Below are positions 11,351-25,467 of a stretch of 64,000 nucleotides of DNA, one piece after another (the stretch's first letter is position 1; each line of letters begins with the position of its first letter). The notes under the pieces were generated by a model. It was not told the origin of the DNA, did not search any database, and worked only from the letters and a program-made list of their open reading frames with translations. The DNA comes from Botryllus schlosseri (Eukaryota): assembly GCA_051294905.1 (NCBI GenBank), contig CM119375.1:4030001-4094000 (forward strand), read 5' to 3'. The position numbers were made by a program, and so were the translations under genes.

Positions 11351-12139
11351 AACTAAGAATGCCCTGGCCGGTCCGTTCTTCGTAAAGATGGCTCGAAATT
11401 ACGGTATAACAGTGTGATGGGTGTGGGAAGTTCAATTATGCACCTTTTTGCACGACCACAAAGAGTACGATGCCGGTTCCATAGCGCATGAAAGATTAGT
11501 TGGTAGTTTTCAGTACCTATTTCAGTTCGTGACCCACTATACGCCCTTTCGCGATTAACGTTTAAACCACTGTTCGTGGGTGCCAGTTTTCATGTTGTCA
11601 GTGTGTTACAGTTATCTGGTCGCGCCTAGTGTGAATATTTTCCGGAATTCATATGGCATTCATATTGCCAATTACATATACTGCTATGAATTTTTGGCGA
11701 CACCGATATTTGGAGACAGTCATTTAGGCGCCTACCGTATATAGTCCGTGGACAATTCGGCATACACATATCGAAGGTTTCGATCCTTTTCGGCAGAGGT
11801 TTTCTCACTGTCGACCTTTTTTGCTGCACAGTTCGCGGAATCGCATGTTGGCCGAAACTTGATATGTCTTGGTGTGTCGTGGAGCGGTAATGGCCGACAC
11901 TGAAAGGCCTATTTCTATAAATTATGCGCATTATTCTTTGAGGGAGATGGGTATACCGCTATTAAAACCAAGAAATCTAACGATGCCAATACACGCCATG
12001 CGCGAAGAAAACTTGAAAGAAGTTCAATAACTCTCCAAACAAATACTCCATAATTTATGTTGATTCATGAGATAATTTTGGCCCCTCTTCAAGCTCGATG
12101 TACCAATTGGGGGATTGATGATTACAGACGTGAAACGCT

Positions 12140-12268
12140 TATCTAGGCTCCTCGCCATCCGTGGACCGTGCTCCAAGTCGTCAGATGCGGAATCATAATA
12201 AAGAATATCGGCCTGGTGTAAATGACCATTGTGGTAGAAAAACACCATGACTACCACAAACAACAACA
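12140..12268 (+). mobile_element. Truncated SINE copy
   Basis: Body and CAA tail match the family. Confidence 0.7.
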
Positions 12269-12461
12269 GACGAGCAAGCGCGTATCCAATCAGCCATTCG
12301 TCTTTACGTCGAACACAAAGGAGTTATGAGTAACTTGCGTTGTGGCAATTGTTTGCTGATTATAACGACAAATCGGACTGGATTGCTGCATTTCCCGATC
12401 AACGTTCGCTAAGCCTTTGGAGGAAAGAATGAATTTCAATCTCAAGCATACGCAATAGCGC

Positions 12462-12902
12462 TAGGGTTACCATACGTCCTCTTTTAAGAGGATTTGTCCT
12501 CTTTTTTGACTTCTTTGAAAGTGTCCTCGGAGGACGCCCTTTTGTCCTTTTTTTTTGAGATTTTGTCCTCTTTTTTGAAAATTTAGGTCAGATTTAGAGC
12601 AAATTGCGAGTGATATGCCGTAAATTAGCACAGAAGTGACGCTCCGGCGGGTATTTCGTAGTGAAAAACGGTGACTTTAGCTCTGAGCGAAAAGATGACC
12701 TTTTTTTTTGTCATCCACCTAGCAATGTGGAGAGAAAAACGGTATTTTGAGCTCTGAGCGGAAAGATGACCTTTTTTTTATAGTCAACCGATCACAAAGT
12801 GGGAAAAATTCACCGGTTTTTGAAAATTCTTCTCCGGTTTTGCAGGTCTCAAATTTCTGAAAAAGCGTCCTCTTTTTAGATTTCCAAAATATGGTAAGCC
12901 TA
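12462..12902. mobile_element. hAT (Blackjack-like) MITE, TIR TAGGGTTACCATA
   Basis: TSD AATAGCGC/AATAACGC; relatives at 18390..18823, 42066..42385, 44882..45206, 50684..51220. Confidence 0.82.
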
Positions 12903-13130
12903 AATAACGCACTGTCTGATTTCACGCTGCAATCAATATGACTGTGACGAAAATCTGACTCACGAATTATTGTGAGCACGGCAACGTGGCTTGTGGCGCT
13001 TATGGGCGCAAAACAATTTAATTTGGAGGAGGAGAATGTACATTAACTCTTCTAATCTTGAGAATATTAAGTGTCTAGAATAGTTGGAAAATTGAATGCA
13101 AAAGTGTAACAGTTAGAGCGTCTTCGCGGC

Positions 13131-14153
13131 CGGGGCCGTAACAGCACTTCGTCAGCCCCCCCCCCCCCCAAAAAAAACGTTGGTCTCGGGCCCCCCATAC
13201 GGTGATAAATCTAACTTCTGGGGGGCATCGCCCCCCTGACCCCCCTCAGGCTACTCACTGTTTACCGCTACTTATCTGCTACATTAGGTGGCCCTTTAGG
13301 GAGTCAGCTTTTCTCGCCTAAACGCGCGAAGCGCGGGAAATTTCTATAATTCGTTACTGAATCGGGAAATATGATCGGGAATGGCATCTGCATTGCTATC
13401 AATTTTTATCATCTCTCCGCACACGTAATCTGATTTACCGGTAGAGCTGAGTGCGGTGTGTTTGAAAAGGTAGGACCCCTCGATAATAATTAAACATATC
13501 CGGGTCTATAGGCTACCCGCTGGCAGGAACGAAACACCAATTCGTCAGCCCCCCCCCCAAAAAAACAACCGAGTCTTGGGCTCCCACAGAGTGATAAACT
13601 GACCCCCCCCCCCCATCACGTTGTTCGCCTTTGCCACGAAATTATAGCTGCGCTGTTTAGTGAGCCAGCGCGAGGCGCGAAACTTTTCGATAATTCGTGA
13701 TAAAATCGGTCAATAAGATCGGGAATTGCATATATATTCCTAGCAATTTCCTGTCCTCACTGCTCACCAAATCAGATTTACCGGTAGAGCTGAGTGAGGT
13801 GTCGTTGAAACTTTCGAGCCCGTAAATAATAATTGAACATCTTCGGTCGGGCGGACCCGTTGGTATGACTTCTTTACATGATATTATTTCGTGACCTCCT
13901 GTCTGCTATATCAAAATATATAGAATCGCCCAAACGTACTAAAGTGAAGGATCACACGATTTCAGATTGTTATTTCTTCACTGACATATAATTTTTTCCT
14001 GCGGGGTGGTATGTGTCTGGTGAGGTTCAGATTGCCAAGACAGGAACACGCGGCGCCAGTCAATTAGGCACATATCTGGACAATTAAACCTATATGTATT
14101 TTGTATATACAACGAAGTTTTCGGGGGTTAGGGGTGCGGCAGTTACGGCCCTG
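13131..14153. mobile_element. hAT element with internal ~400-bp tandem duplication
   Basis: TIR C(G/A)GGGCCGTAAC; perfect TSD TTCGCGGC; units at about 13145-13525 and 13535-13860. Confidence 0.85.
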
Positions 14154-15412
14154 TTCGCGGCCCACCTAACATAGCTTCGCGGCACTGTTTTAGACCATAC
14201 CCTTCTCGTTGTACTTTGCGACAATGTTGTGGGTTGATCATGACTTACCGCATATGTCATTTTCACTAACGATCGTGGCTTTGTGCTACATCTTTACTCT
14301 CCTGCGAAACGAGCAATCGAGGTTTATACGGCCTTCCACAGTGGAAAATATTGACGCGTGTTACGTTAGCAGTTGAACTAGTTGTTATAGCGGGCTTTCC
14401 TGTCCGGTATGTCTTATTCTCCTAACCTATTGAATCGGGCATCAGTAATTATATTGACATTCTTTACTCAAACTTTAAATTAGCCGTCAACCACCCACTT
14501 ATATCATGCCAGCATAGGCCGTACTTGGAAAGAAAATTGGCGGATCCGAGAAATATAATCAGCGATAAATTGGCGCAATAGATATATTGTAACGTAACAG
14601 TGAATGGAATCCTTAATTTGTTAACGCATGGATGGTGCAGCCTTGTCCTCGAAGAAAATAAACTTAGTAGTGAATAATTGTGTCTACTTCTCCGTGTAAT
14701 CGTGATCATAGTAGAACACTGCGAGATTTTGCTGTACTCGTACTTGTAATCTTAATGGTATGTCTCAGAAGTAATCGTCATCGCAATCGATGATATTTAT
14801 GCAGCATGCTCCCGTATCTGGTGCCGTCGGTGTATAGCGCCATTGAAGAATAAACGAACACTGAATTCAAGGCTTCACGGCTGACAATTAGTTTCCATGT
14901 ATACTTTGGGTAGCATCGATGTGTCTGTCTGTATCCATGATATTAAACTACTATGATATCCACCAATCTTCATAGATTTTATTGCCAAAAGTTTTGATCA
15001 CCAGCGATAAAGCTGTCGTATGTTTTTGCAAGGGGCATTATCTTTCGTCGGAGACTTCAGCCGTTCGACGGCGCTATACTTAATGATGTTGAGAAGCTAC
15101 GTTGCAACATCAATTTACAACTTGTGTCTGATGCAACGATTTCAGCACCATATAGTCGACACGGCCAACGACTGCTACGTAGTATTATTGCCGCAGACTG
15201 ACTGACTAGACCGCGCGGATGTTCGGGAGTCTGCTATTGAACAAATTGTAGTTTGGGCATCGTATCAACAGTTAACATCCTATCGAGGCATATTTTCAAC
15301 GCTCTTAATTGGGGCTACAATCAAATAATTTAGCGCGATTATCTATGATTGTCGTTCTGAATTGTAGTCAGGATGACACTGAAATTACGCAATGGTCTTC
15401 AGTCATCACTCC

Positions 15413-16020
15413 GGCGATTATTTTTTGACATGTCAAAATTGTAGCGTTCGGTCACAAAATTGTAAAATTTGTTTAAAAAGTCAGAATTTGTTTGCAAGCC
15501 GAAGTGCCTTTGTGTCGTAGAGGTTGCACTGTATGCGAAATTCTCATTTTACATTCCCACCTTTTAACCTATTTTATACTGTTGTAGATGGTACATTGTC
15601 AACTTACTGTGAATCATAAACCGTTACGGCAAATATTTTGGTTGATATCGTGTGATGATCAACACACCACGAAACGTCGGTCGTAATTCATTTGCGGCGA
15701 GGATGTGTTGGTAGACCGAGCGAATGCACGACTATCAACCAGCCTCTCAAAAAGACGGGGAGCTACAAATATACGATTATCAAATTTGAATATGAAACAA
15801 GTTCACGTGGATATTGGGTATATGATCTAAAACCGTAGTATGAACAACGGCGATGCAGAAGCCATCATGATGCAGCAGGGTGTGTCGCCAGTAATATACG
15901 CTGAACTTAAGTGCTGCCTGTCAACAAACGCTACTATTAATTCTTCATTCTTGCCAAGCCACTTATTAAGAACAGACAGCTCGTACTAATTTCTTTATAC
16001 CGTGAACTTGTTATTTTTTA
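15413..16020 (+). mobile_element. Degenerate copy of the 23920..24819 hAT family
   Basis: Shares the terminal ttttttgacatgtcaaaa and a decayed dimerisation-domain segment (MMQQGVSPVIYAELKCC). Confidence 0.6.
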
Positions 16021-16826
16021 ATCGGTAAAACTCCAATACGTGATTCTGTGACAGAATATTAGAAAATGTAGATAAGTATCTATAGTTGTGCTGCGATAAA
16101 GTTCGAGTTTTTGCACAATAATGCGCAAATTAACTACTGGAGTTCTTCCTAAGTAAAAATATTGTAAAAATAGTTTTTTTTAATTTAAAAAATTGCCAAA
16201 ATTTTCAATATTTCTAAATTTGTCGTTTTTACGTCAGATATAAGTCATCAATCAACAGGACAGCTGTTCATTCGTGACGCAACAACAGAAGCATATTTCT
16301 TATTTTCCATCTCGGAATTTAGAATGTGTGGAGAATTATTCGCAGAGTCATTGTAACTTTATAACGACTTTTTGCGTCTATTCATGTATTGACTCGTGAT
16401 GTAAATATAGCATGCTCGCAACATATAACATTTCCCTTTGGAAATAAACTAAACGATTTCGCCATGCGTGGAGACTATAGCCTACGAAGTATAGCAAATC
16501 AAATATCGAATCGTAGGTAAAAAAGTTAACAGTCCGGGCCTGATTTTGCCTAAAAAATCAGAAAACCCTCCGATTTAGTTCAAATTTACCTCAATTATCG
16601 TGCAACCGCCATCGGCCGTGTGCAAATATTAACTGTAGATTAGTGATAATGGGCAACAACATGACTTTTATTGGAAATAACATCGTACCATTTATGTAGA
16701 AATTGGGAAGACTTCCTGTAGCGAATTCTGTAGCTGCATTTGTTGAATTACGCGGTCGTGTCTTGAGAGTCCACGCCGTCGATTTGATATGAACGGCTGC
16801 CAAAAATTCATTTCCACAAAGATAAA

Positions 16827-17093
16827 NNNNNNNNNNNNNNNNNNNNNNNNNNNNNNNNNNNNNNNNNNNNNNNNNNNNNNNNNNNNNNNNNNNNNNNNNN
16901 NNNNNNNNNNNNNNNNNNNNNNNNNNNNNNNNNNNNNNNNNNNNNNNNNNNNNNNNNNNNNNNNNNNNNNNNNNNNNNNNNNNNNNNNNNNNNNNNNNNN
17001 NNNNNNNNNNNNNNNNNNNNNNNNNNNNNNNNNNNNNNNNNNNNNNNNNNNNNNNNNNNNNNNNNNNNNNNNNNNNNNNNNNNNNNNNNNNNN
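16827..17093. other. Assembly gap (267 N), followed by (GTAA)n
   Basis: Direct reading. Confidence 0.99.
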
Positions 17094-18389
17094 GTAAGTA
17101 AGTAAGTAAGAGTAAGAATTACCCGTAACGCTTCAGACGACTATTTTGGGTACGATCTGGCACCAAAATTGAGAAACAGAACATATAACGTCCAGCCTAG
17201 CCATTTCTATCTAGCAGCTAATCTTGAAGTTATTCTGGAATAGCGGTTATGTATATCACAGGAAAAAACCCGAACAAAGCATCTCTAAACTGCAATATGT
17301 TTATATCAGTAGGCTATTGGCAATTAAAATGATATTGCTTAGTAGAACATTTCATCTCAGACGGCCATTCCGTTGATGTGAGTCCTAAAGTTTGAGCAGT
17401 TATGAAGCAAAACTGCCTCGTGATTTCTCCAATTAAAAAAATACAAATTAGGTTGTCGACCTTTTACAAATTTGGAAGTTTCGCGGATCCCCGGTTGAGA
17501 ATCACTGTGTCAAGCGGAAGTATTCTAAAATCACAACCACTTGAGCATTTATTCCAAGTATAGACAAACGTATTTGATTACTTTCAAAAGTAGAAGTACT
17601 TCGCTATACTGAGCACCTCTGCTTATAAATGTCCAGATGCAGCCTTTGTGGTTTATTGGCAGATAATAGGTGGTGCCTACTTTGGAGATTGCAAGATGTA
17701 TCTACGCGACTAACGCAAAATTACCGATGACAATACAAATCAGCGGACTCTTCGAAATTAGATTCAGTCACCGTGATACAAAAGCAATTTCATGCGGTTC
17801 CTATGACAATTTCACCACGAAAACTGATGAAAACTCTTTACATAATTACTTTCTACTCTTCGAAATTAATCCAAACTGTGGGAAATAAGTTTTTTTTATC
17901 TCAGGAAATGTACAAATAAAAGTTGAAATAGCGTAAAAATATAGACACCACAGTATGTAGTGCAAGTAGTCTAAACTTGTTGAGTTTCATACTGTGATGT
18001 CAAATGCAGACTGTAGGTTGTTGTAGTAGTATCTCTTTGTAGAACTAGGCTCCGCGTACAGTACACCTTAGGAGTCCTCAAACAAGTTCTAGGAATCTAG
18101 GGAGTCCGCTGAAGGGTCATGTTTAAATACATCACCAAGAAACTCTAAAACCATATTATCCTTTGGGAGTGACGACCCGAGTGGGACTGTGACTATACCT
18201 TGTCTCGTCATTAGCGAGCTTATATTAAGCATGTCTTAGGTTCAATAGAGTTGAGCTTGACGTGATGATTGGGTCACAAAGTGGGGACCTTTTTTTATTC
18301 ATTGCCTTCTGAAATTTTGAGAGTACATGCAACCGCCCGCCAAGCTAGAAGGGCTACGCGATGAAAAAAGTTCGAGAATCACTGTTGTA

Positions 18390-18823
18390 TCGAGATACCA
18401 TATGTCTTCTTTTGAGAGGATCTGTCCTCTTCTTTCAAGAAATGTAAAATGTGCTCCGAGGACGACCAAATGTCATCTTTTCTAGCAATTCGTATTCTTT
18501 ATATAGCTTTGATAGTTCGGCGACCGTACGACAAATAAAATGTCATAATAAATGAGATAACTGGATTTCGGTGGAATTGAAGGAAATTTAGCATGAAATT
18601 TACACAGGAAACACCTGAAACACCTGACTAAAAAAGGAAAAGGTCAACTCAAACCGTAAGTGTGAGGTGAAAGTGGCGGTATTTCAGGAGTCGAGTCGAA
18701 AAATGACCTTTTTGTTTTCTTTTCAATGAACCCAATAACATTAGCCGTAGAAATTTTTAAATTACCCGTTTTTAACTTGTAAAAAGTTTCCTCTTTTTCT
18801 GATATCAAAACATGGTAACCCTA
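18390..18823. mobile_element. Blackjack-like hAT MITE, degenerate left end
   Basis: Right TIR ATGGTAACCCTA; interior matches 12462..12902. Confidence 0.65.
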
Positions 18824-20439
18824 CTGGTGCTGGGAGAATTTCATGAAATGTCGAAGGGATCGAGCACTAAACGGGCTAAGAAACGCTGGGGCTGGAACGA
18901 ATATCGACTAAGTGTATAGTCGAATCATCAGGAATGCAAAACAGAACAGTACAGTTTGCCATGAAGGCAATTGAAATGGTAAGGTGGTTAGTTGCTTATG
19001 AAAATACGATAAACCACAAGATAATGGGCGCTCCCGTTTGCAAAATGATCAATATGCGACAATGTTGATGTAATTTCTTTTGTCAACGTTGGAATTTCGG
19101 GATTAGCAACAAGTCTACGAACAGATTGCCAGATTACGCCGGCACAAAATGCATCAAGTGCATGTTGCATTCATGAAATATGTAAAAACTGTTGAAACCT
19201 CGAATAAATTAATTATCCCTCTGATATTTCGTAGGGTTGGTATTTGCGGCCGAAATTTTATGTGTTATTTCCGTGTGAAACTCAACGTCTTGCTGGTATA
19301 AGCGGAAACACATCCACTCTCGACATGTTCCGTAACGAGCGTCTACTTCGAAAGTACCAACCAATTTCTATTTCTATAATGCCATACCGGTTTCCTTCAT
19401 ACATATGCATTAATTTAATTGGTTTCGAATTCGCAAGGCACCTGTCTCAGTTGTCTTAGAAATGGTAATGATGTTTTCTGGAAACGCGCAACAAATTACA
19501 AAATCGCCCGGCGATTTGAAGTCGTTAGCAGACATATCAGACGGCGCATTTAGAATTGATATACATTATAATCTGGCCATCGCTTCTGACGCGTGTAATT
19601 CATTACCTTCAGCCGTTTTCTTGTCTTACTTAAAGCATGCAGAAATGGAAACTAGTTTGCTGGTGTTTGTCTATGGTTTACTATAAGCCGCTCAAGCTTA
19701 CATCAACATGTGCATATGCGTATACAACATATGCAACATAAACGTACCCATAAGCAACATATGCGATATTGCAATAATTTATGCATATAAGGATACGCAA
19801 CATATCGCAGGGCGCACATAGCACCTGGATCACGTTTTATAGCTTAATGTAGAATAGCAGGCTGTTTCTTTAGCTACAAAATAACCCAATATCATTCATT
19901 AATTTTGTTAGGGATTCCTATATACATGCATGAGAAGACCGTGGTAAAAATTGGGCCAAGTGACATTCGGAAAATGGGACTAAAACCAACGTGATGACGA
20001 CAATAATGAACATGAGTATGTGGGAATCAAATTGTCATCACTCCCTGGCCTGATATCCCATAGAACTCGCATCGCTTCTCATCATTTTTCTGAAATATCG
20101 TTCGTTCGCATCTAGTAGCATTAATTTTCAAACTTCGCGTACGAATGTAGCGGCCGCAGGCAACGGGCCACTTGGCCTTCTCACAAAGCATGATATTTAA
20201 TTAGTATATGTCGGCTGTCGAACTGGTTTTGTCATCACTTCTTGAATTTAATCCATTAGCATCATCATTCGCATACGATGGCGTAATCTGGTGTCTATAT
20301 CAGGATGAGCATGTATTGTGATTTGAATATACGACTAATTTGAAGGCGGGTTTTGATTTAGACATGAACTTAAAAGTTATACTGATATTCAATTTCCATG
20401 CGACTTTTAAACAAATGTCAGCCATTACAGAATTTGGAC

Positions 20440-20615
20440 TTGGAATTGTACATTGCACGCATGCGCTACCAAAATAAATGAAGTCCAACACTATATCTAT
20501 TCTACATTCCAAGGTAGGGGTTTGATCATAAGAGTATTTCAAGTTGACACTTTCCTATATTTTCATTGTATCACACCGTGTGGTGTTTTGAACGATTGCC
20601 CGACATTTGAGAGTC
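20440..20615 (+). mobile_element. CR1/L2-like 3' end fragment
   Basis: Shares ttttcattgtatc..gtgtggtgttttgaa with 30380..31040 and 34960..35350. Confidence 0.5.
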
Positions 20616-20663
20616 CAACGCCTGACCGTGTAACTTTATAAAATTCAATCTAAACCTATAACT

Positions 20664-21390
20664 AGGACGGTTCTATACCAATACCGAGAAAACCAATACC
20701 GAGGATGGACATTACCGAGAATGTCATTACCGAGAATGGGGGTTACCGAGAATGTGGACATTGCCGAGAATAGACGAGGAAGCTAGTGGCGCAGTTGGTT
20801 AATCGCCAGCGTCACGACACCAATGGAAGTGGTGTCGTGCTATGTGTCAGAGGTTTATCTGGGCTCCTCATCGCTAACCTACCTGCGATTGCAGTGTATG
20901 AAAAAGCCCAGAGTGAAGTTGAGCGTAGTCAAAAAGTCGGCAGCAAAGACTGAAGATTACGGACGCGCGGAAAAACGAGAGTGACCGATGGTACGAGAGC
21001 GCGAGTCTGGAAGCCGTCCATAATATGACAAGAAAAGACCTCAAAGACATTGATTTTAATGAAATTACCGTGCTGGGTGCAAATGACCTTATAGGCGGTA
21101 AGCGCCAATATTGTGAATAAAACAAACAAACCGAGAATATACATTACCGAGAATGGCCAATTGGCCAATGCCGAGAATTTAACTCACTGATGTACTTGAC
21201 TTACTGACGTTGTCGAGAATTTTATACCTGAGAATCGACATCGAATGTGGCATTGTCCATACTCGATAATATACATTCTCGGTAATGTCCATTCTCAGTG
21301 GTGTCCATTCTCGGTAATGTCCATTCTCGGTAGTATCCATTCTCGGTAATGTCATTTTCGGTAATGGTTCTCTCAGTATTGACCGGACCC
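20664..21390. mobile_element. MITE with inverted arrays of ~19-bp ATTACCGAGAATG(G/T) repeats, carrying a SINE head insertion (about 20775..20880)
   Basis: CCGAGAATG repeats on the left, CATTCTCGG repeats on the right. Confidence 0.65.
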
Positions 21391-23919
21391 CGCTAAGGCT
21401 GGGCACAAGGATTCGAGAACTCCAATCTGAATGGAGTATTAATTAAAAGGATTCAAGTCGAGTATGGTGAGAAATAAATTTTCCGGTATAAAAATTAAAC
21501 GCTTCCTGTCATTAAGAGTTAATTTATCACCGAAAATTATAGTTTCGACACTCTTTTCCTCTGTGGAACCCTTGAAACATCGATCGGTTGTATCGCATCC
21601 GACGAAAAATGTAGTACGAAGCTACGTGTTAGTGGAAATGATATATCAGTGAAGTGATCAACCCACAAGATTGTCACAGAGTGCAATGAAATACAGTTAT
21701 GGTCGAAAAAAGGTCATATCGCATGGTCATATGTCCAGCGTCAACGGACTATTTTGTGCAGATGAAATTATAAAGAACTGGCCTGACCGTCTTAAACTCA
21801 GCAATGAGATGTCATGAGATGTCAAGACATGCATTCCGGCCCTAAAACTTATCTGTAGTTTTCCATTTGGCAAATTGCGTTGGATTACAGTTGCGGAGTA
21901 ATTGTTTGTTTTAATGCATTACCCGGATAGCATGGATGGTTTGTGCAAGATTAGACAGCCTTATAAGATTATTACTGAACCTCCCTTGTCCAGCTTCATA
22001 TACATATTCACAGATCGTGTGTATGGGTGTTATGAATCGGTGTATGTCAACAAAAATATGTAACGTCCTATTCCTATTCGTAATGCGGCCACCAACGTTA
22101 GCTTGTATACTTCCATCTAGAGTCATAAGAAAAATGTTGACTACTTCGCCACATTTGCGATGATTCGTAAGTGAATGTATTAATATATCGATTTGGAATA
22201 TATCTGACATATTTCTTTCGAGACAGTCCAGTTTTATCATTCAATTTCTGTGCTTTGCCCGGTTCTTTTCGCTGCTGGCATCTAATTACGTTGTACAGTA
22301 ACTAAACACTGAAATTTATTGTCCCTCCGAATTACATGGTCTTCAAGTGATTACTTTGTACAAAAAAGATAGCCGACGATTGAGATATTTGGTTGCTTGT
22401 CACAACTTATTGATGTCCCCTTTCAATTCAATGATTTTGCTCGACACTCGAGTCAAGACTTCGTTCGCTTTACCCGTAATGATGGAGCGGTGCTCCTAAA
22501 TCTCGTGGGTTCGAATATAAGTGTTGCATGGAAAGTTAACGTTAAACAAGCTACCAAGGTTTCGGTGGTCTTTAGGAATGACCCAGCGCCACGGACTCAC
22601 TACACCGTCACAATATTTGGCAAAGTGGCAAATGAGCACGTTTTACGCGATTAATTATGCAGCAGTAAGTTATAATATTGTGGCTGATTTAAAGGTTACG
22701 CCAAACATTTACAGCAGAAAGCACCATATTTTGACTCGGGAATGAGCCGGATAATTTTTCGTTATTGGCCCATTACACGGTTGTCGACTTGATGATTATT
22801 TTTGTTTGTGAGCGGACGTGGAATTATTGAAGCGAAAAACACAATTTATGCCGAATAAATTCGCGTAATTACATTAATTGCTGTTTCTGACGTATTTCGC
22901 AATAAAAATGACGACAGGAATTATGGCGTAAGTGGTATGTCAGGATTATTGATACGGGAAGTAGATTGATTCGACAAAAGGCCACTGGTTTACATCGAGA
23001 ACCATAACATCTCACAGATATTACGATTTGCTTTTCGGATTAAAATGAAATCAAGGTCAAAAGAACATGCCGTGACGTCTCCATAGACTTTTAAGCCATA
23101 TGCACACACTTTTTTTGTCTTGGTAGGTTATTTATGTGAAAAATGATGCGTTTTGCACGTATACAAATGTGATTAACAGTCACTTGAATTGACCATATAC
23201 AAACGATAGTGTGTTCATATACCTAAAGCTAAAATGATTTGCGTCACTAATACTTTTGTAGTATATGATAGAGGTGTAAATTTCCGATAATAATACAATA
23301 CGAGTTGAGGTATAATAAACAAATTTCATAAGCTGCTGCATGTTTTTAGTAGGCCAGGGCTGCCGATAGTATGATCAAGTATGTGAAACATATTAGTATT
23401 TCCACGAGTATTCGTTTTGAGGATCGCGTTATCAATTTCCAGAAGCCATAAATAAAGCATACAATCCCTATTTATGATTGAATCTACTAGAACAAATGTG
23501 ATTAGTCCGTGGAATGTCATCGTCTAGCGTTGAGGAGCTTGCATCATATTAATAATATGTTTGTGATCGCTGAATGTCACGGACGTCTCGCGCAAACTCG
23601 TACTGATCTCATTACGAGTTTGCATTTGTTTTGGCTAAATATTCTAAAACATATGCCGCGATATTTTATGCCACGGAAACCTTGTGGTGTGCGACGATTA
23701 AAATTATATAATGTAAACATGTCATCTAATTCGCAGAGGCGGTATTGGTCGGTGCCTGGTATATGGGATTTCATTAATCCCGTATAACAGCTATGTAGAA
23801 AGTGCTGACATGAGAGGCATTCAGGACGACCTGAGATATGTACCTTCACCTTCATGTTTGTCGGATTGAGTGTCTATAAACCATTGAAATTATTAGCGCC
23901 ACCTAGAATAACTGATAAC

Positions 23920-24819
23920 TAGGGCAATTTTTTTTTACCTAAAAAAAGGAAGATTTTGACCTAAAAAATCTAAATTTTGACCTTTTTTGACCTAAAAAAA
24001 CTGAAATTTGACCAAATTTTGACCTCACGTATGCAAATTAGGTGTTTTCGCATATAATGTTAAAATTGTACTACTTATCTTCATTTCTGGTTGGAACTGT
24101 CTGTCCTTACAAAGTAGATTGGCCTGAAAAAACGTTTTTGGCTCAAAAACTGACAGATTTTTACATGAAAAACTAGTATTTTAACGAAATCCGGCCCTAT
24201 GAAGAATTCCAGTAGTTACATTACGTATTCTGGTGGAAATAATTAAAATTTGTTGTAGTACAACGAAAGATCCTTTCCTACATTCTCGGGTAGAAAGTGT
24301 CTGTCCTTACTACGTAGCTTGCCAAGAACGGAGAAAGAACGTTCAACAGCAGCATTTGGTGGCTGACAACACTCAAGTTGTGGGCACAATGCTGGTGACA
24401 AACCGTGTTGCTTCATTCTGACAATGTTGTCTATATCACAATTTCTCAGCTTGCGCTTCTTGATATAAGAACCATGCAATGTCCAAGCAGTCTTGCTTCA
24501 GCTAGGATATTGCGGTACGTTGACCATAAAACCATGTCACTATTTGTTTCATTTGACCATTTATGATTCACAATGAGCAGACGATGGTCCGTTTACAACG
24601 GTAGGCCTATAAAGTAGGCTACAAGCTGTAAAATATCAAATGATAAGTTCTCCGACAGCGCAAAATCTACGATACAAACGAAATGCAGAGGTCAAAAAAT
24701 GTTTGACTTTGTAAACAATTTTGACAAATTTTGTAAACAATTTTGACAAATTTTGACCTAACGCTACAATTTTGACCTAATTTTGACTTTTTTTGACATG
24801 TCAAAAAAAAATTGCCCTA
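23920..24819 (-). mobile_element. Non-autonomous hAT element retaining a dimerisation-domain remnant
   Basis: TIR TAGGGCAATTTTTTTT; perfect TSD CTGATAAC; ORF 24243..24479 contains CQPPNAAVERSFSVLGKLRSKDRHFLPENV. Confidence 0.9.
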
Positions 24820-25022
24820 CTGATAACAATATCGTGAAGTACTAAGTCCTGCTGTTTCTGCGCGGCACACGAAATGACGGTATGGCGACTACAAAGAATT
24901 TATAACAATGCTTTACCGCGAATCTTCAACCATCTTCACAGCAAAGTAATCAAAAGAATTAGGTGGCAATTGAATAAATACGAAGAACGAAGAACGCCAA
25001 TTAATAACGATTAGATTGAGCC

Positions 25023-25221
25023 GTGTTGTTTGTTTGTGGCATTCATGGTGTTTGACGACTATACTATGGTCATTTACACCAGGACGATATTTTTCATTTT
25101 TATTCCGTAACTGCCGACTTGTAGCATGGCCCACTTCTAGGCTTTTTATAAGACACCGCTTGTACGGATGAGATGGCGATAAGGAGCCTAGATAAACCTC
25201 CAACACTTAGGTAGGAATTGA
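25023..25221 (-). mobile_element. 5'-truncated SINE copy
   Basis: Reverse complement of the family body and tail. Confidence 0.78.
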
Positions 25222-25467
25222 ACAGTGTTGAATTAAATTGGAAAATACATGGAATTCACAAAAACAGAGGAATGCCGCACGTACGATCCGGGAATTGTTT
25301 TCGGTACACAAATGCGCAGTAGTTATGGGTCTTATCGTAGGGCCCGGTCTAATCGTATGGGCCCGTGAGCGATTTAACACCGCGGCACCCTAATATCAGG
25401 TAGTTTTATCGGGAACGACTGACTTTACCATTGCGATGGAAAATAAGTTGATGATCTCATTCTAGAC

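Noticed and set aside
11626-11931. Possible exon or ORF in the spacer between the two genes
   Set aside because: There is an acceptor-like site, but the phase-1 frame stops early and no CCP, SMB or other motif is present.
16789-17097. 102-aa ORF
   Set aside because: Artefact of translating the N gap.
20664-21390. CRISPR-like array from the ~19-bp CCGAGAATG repeats (also the GAGTC arrays)
   Set aside because: There are no unique regular spacers, the repeats are inverted across the element, there are no cas genes, and the context is eukaryotic.
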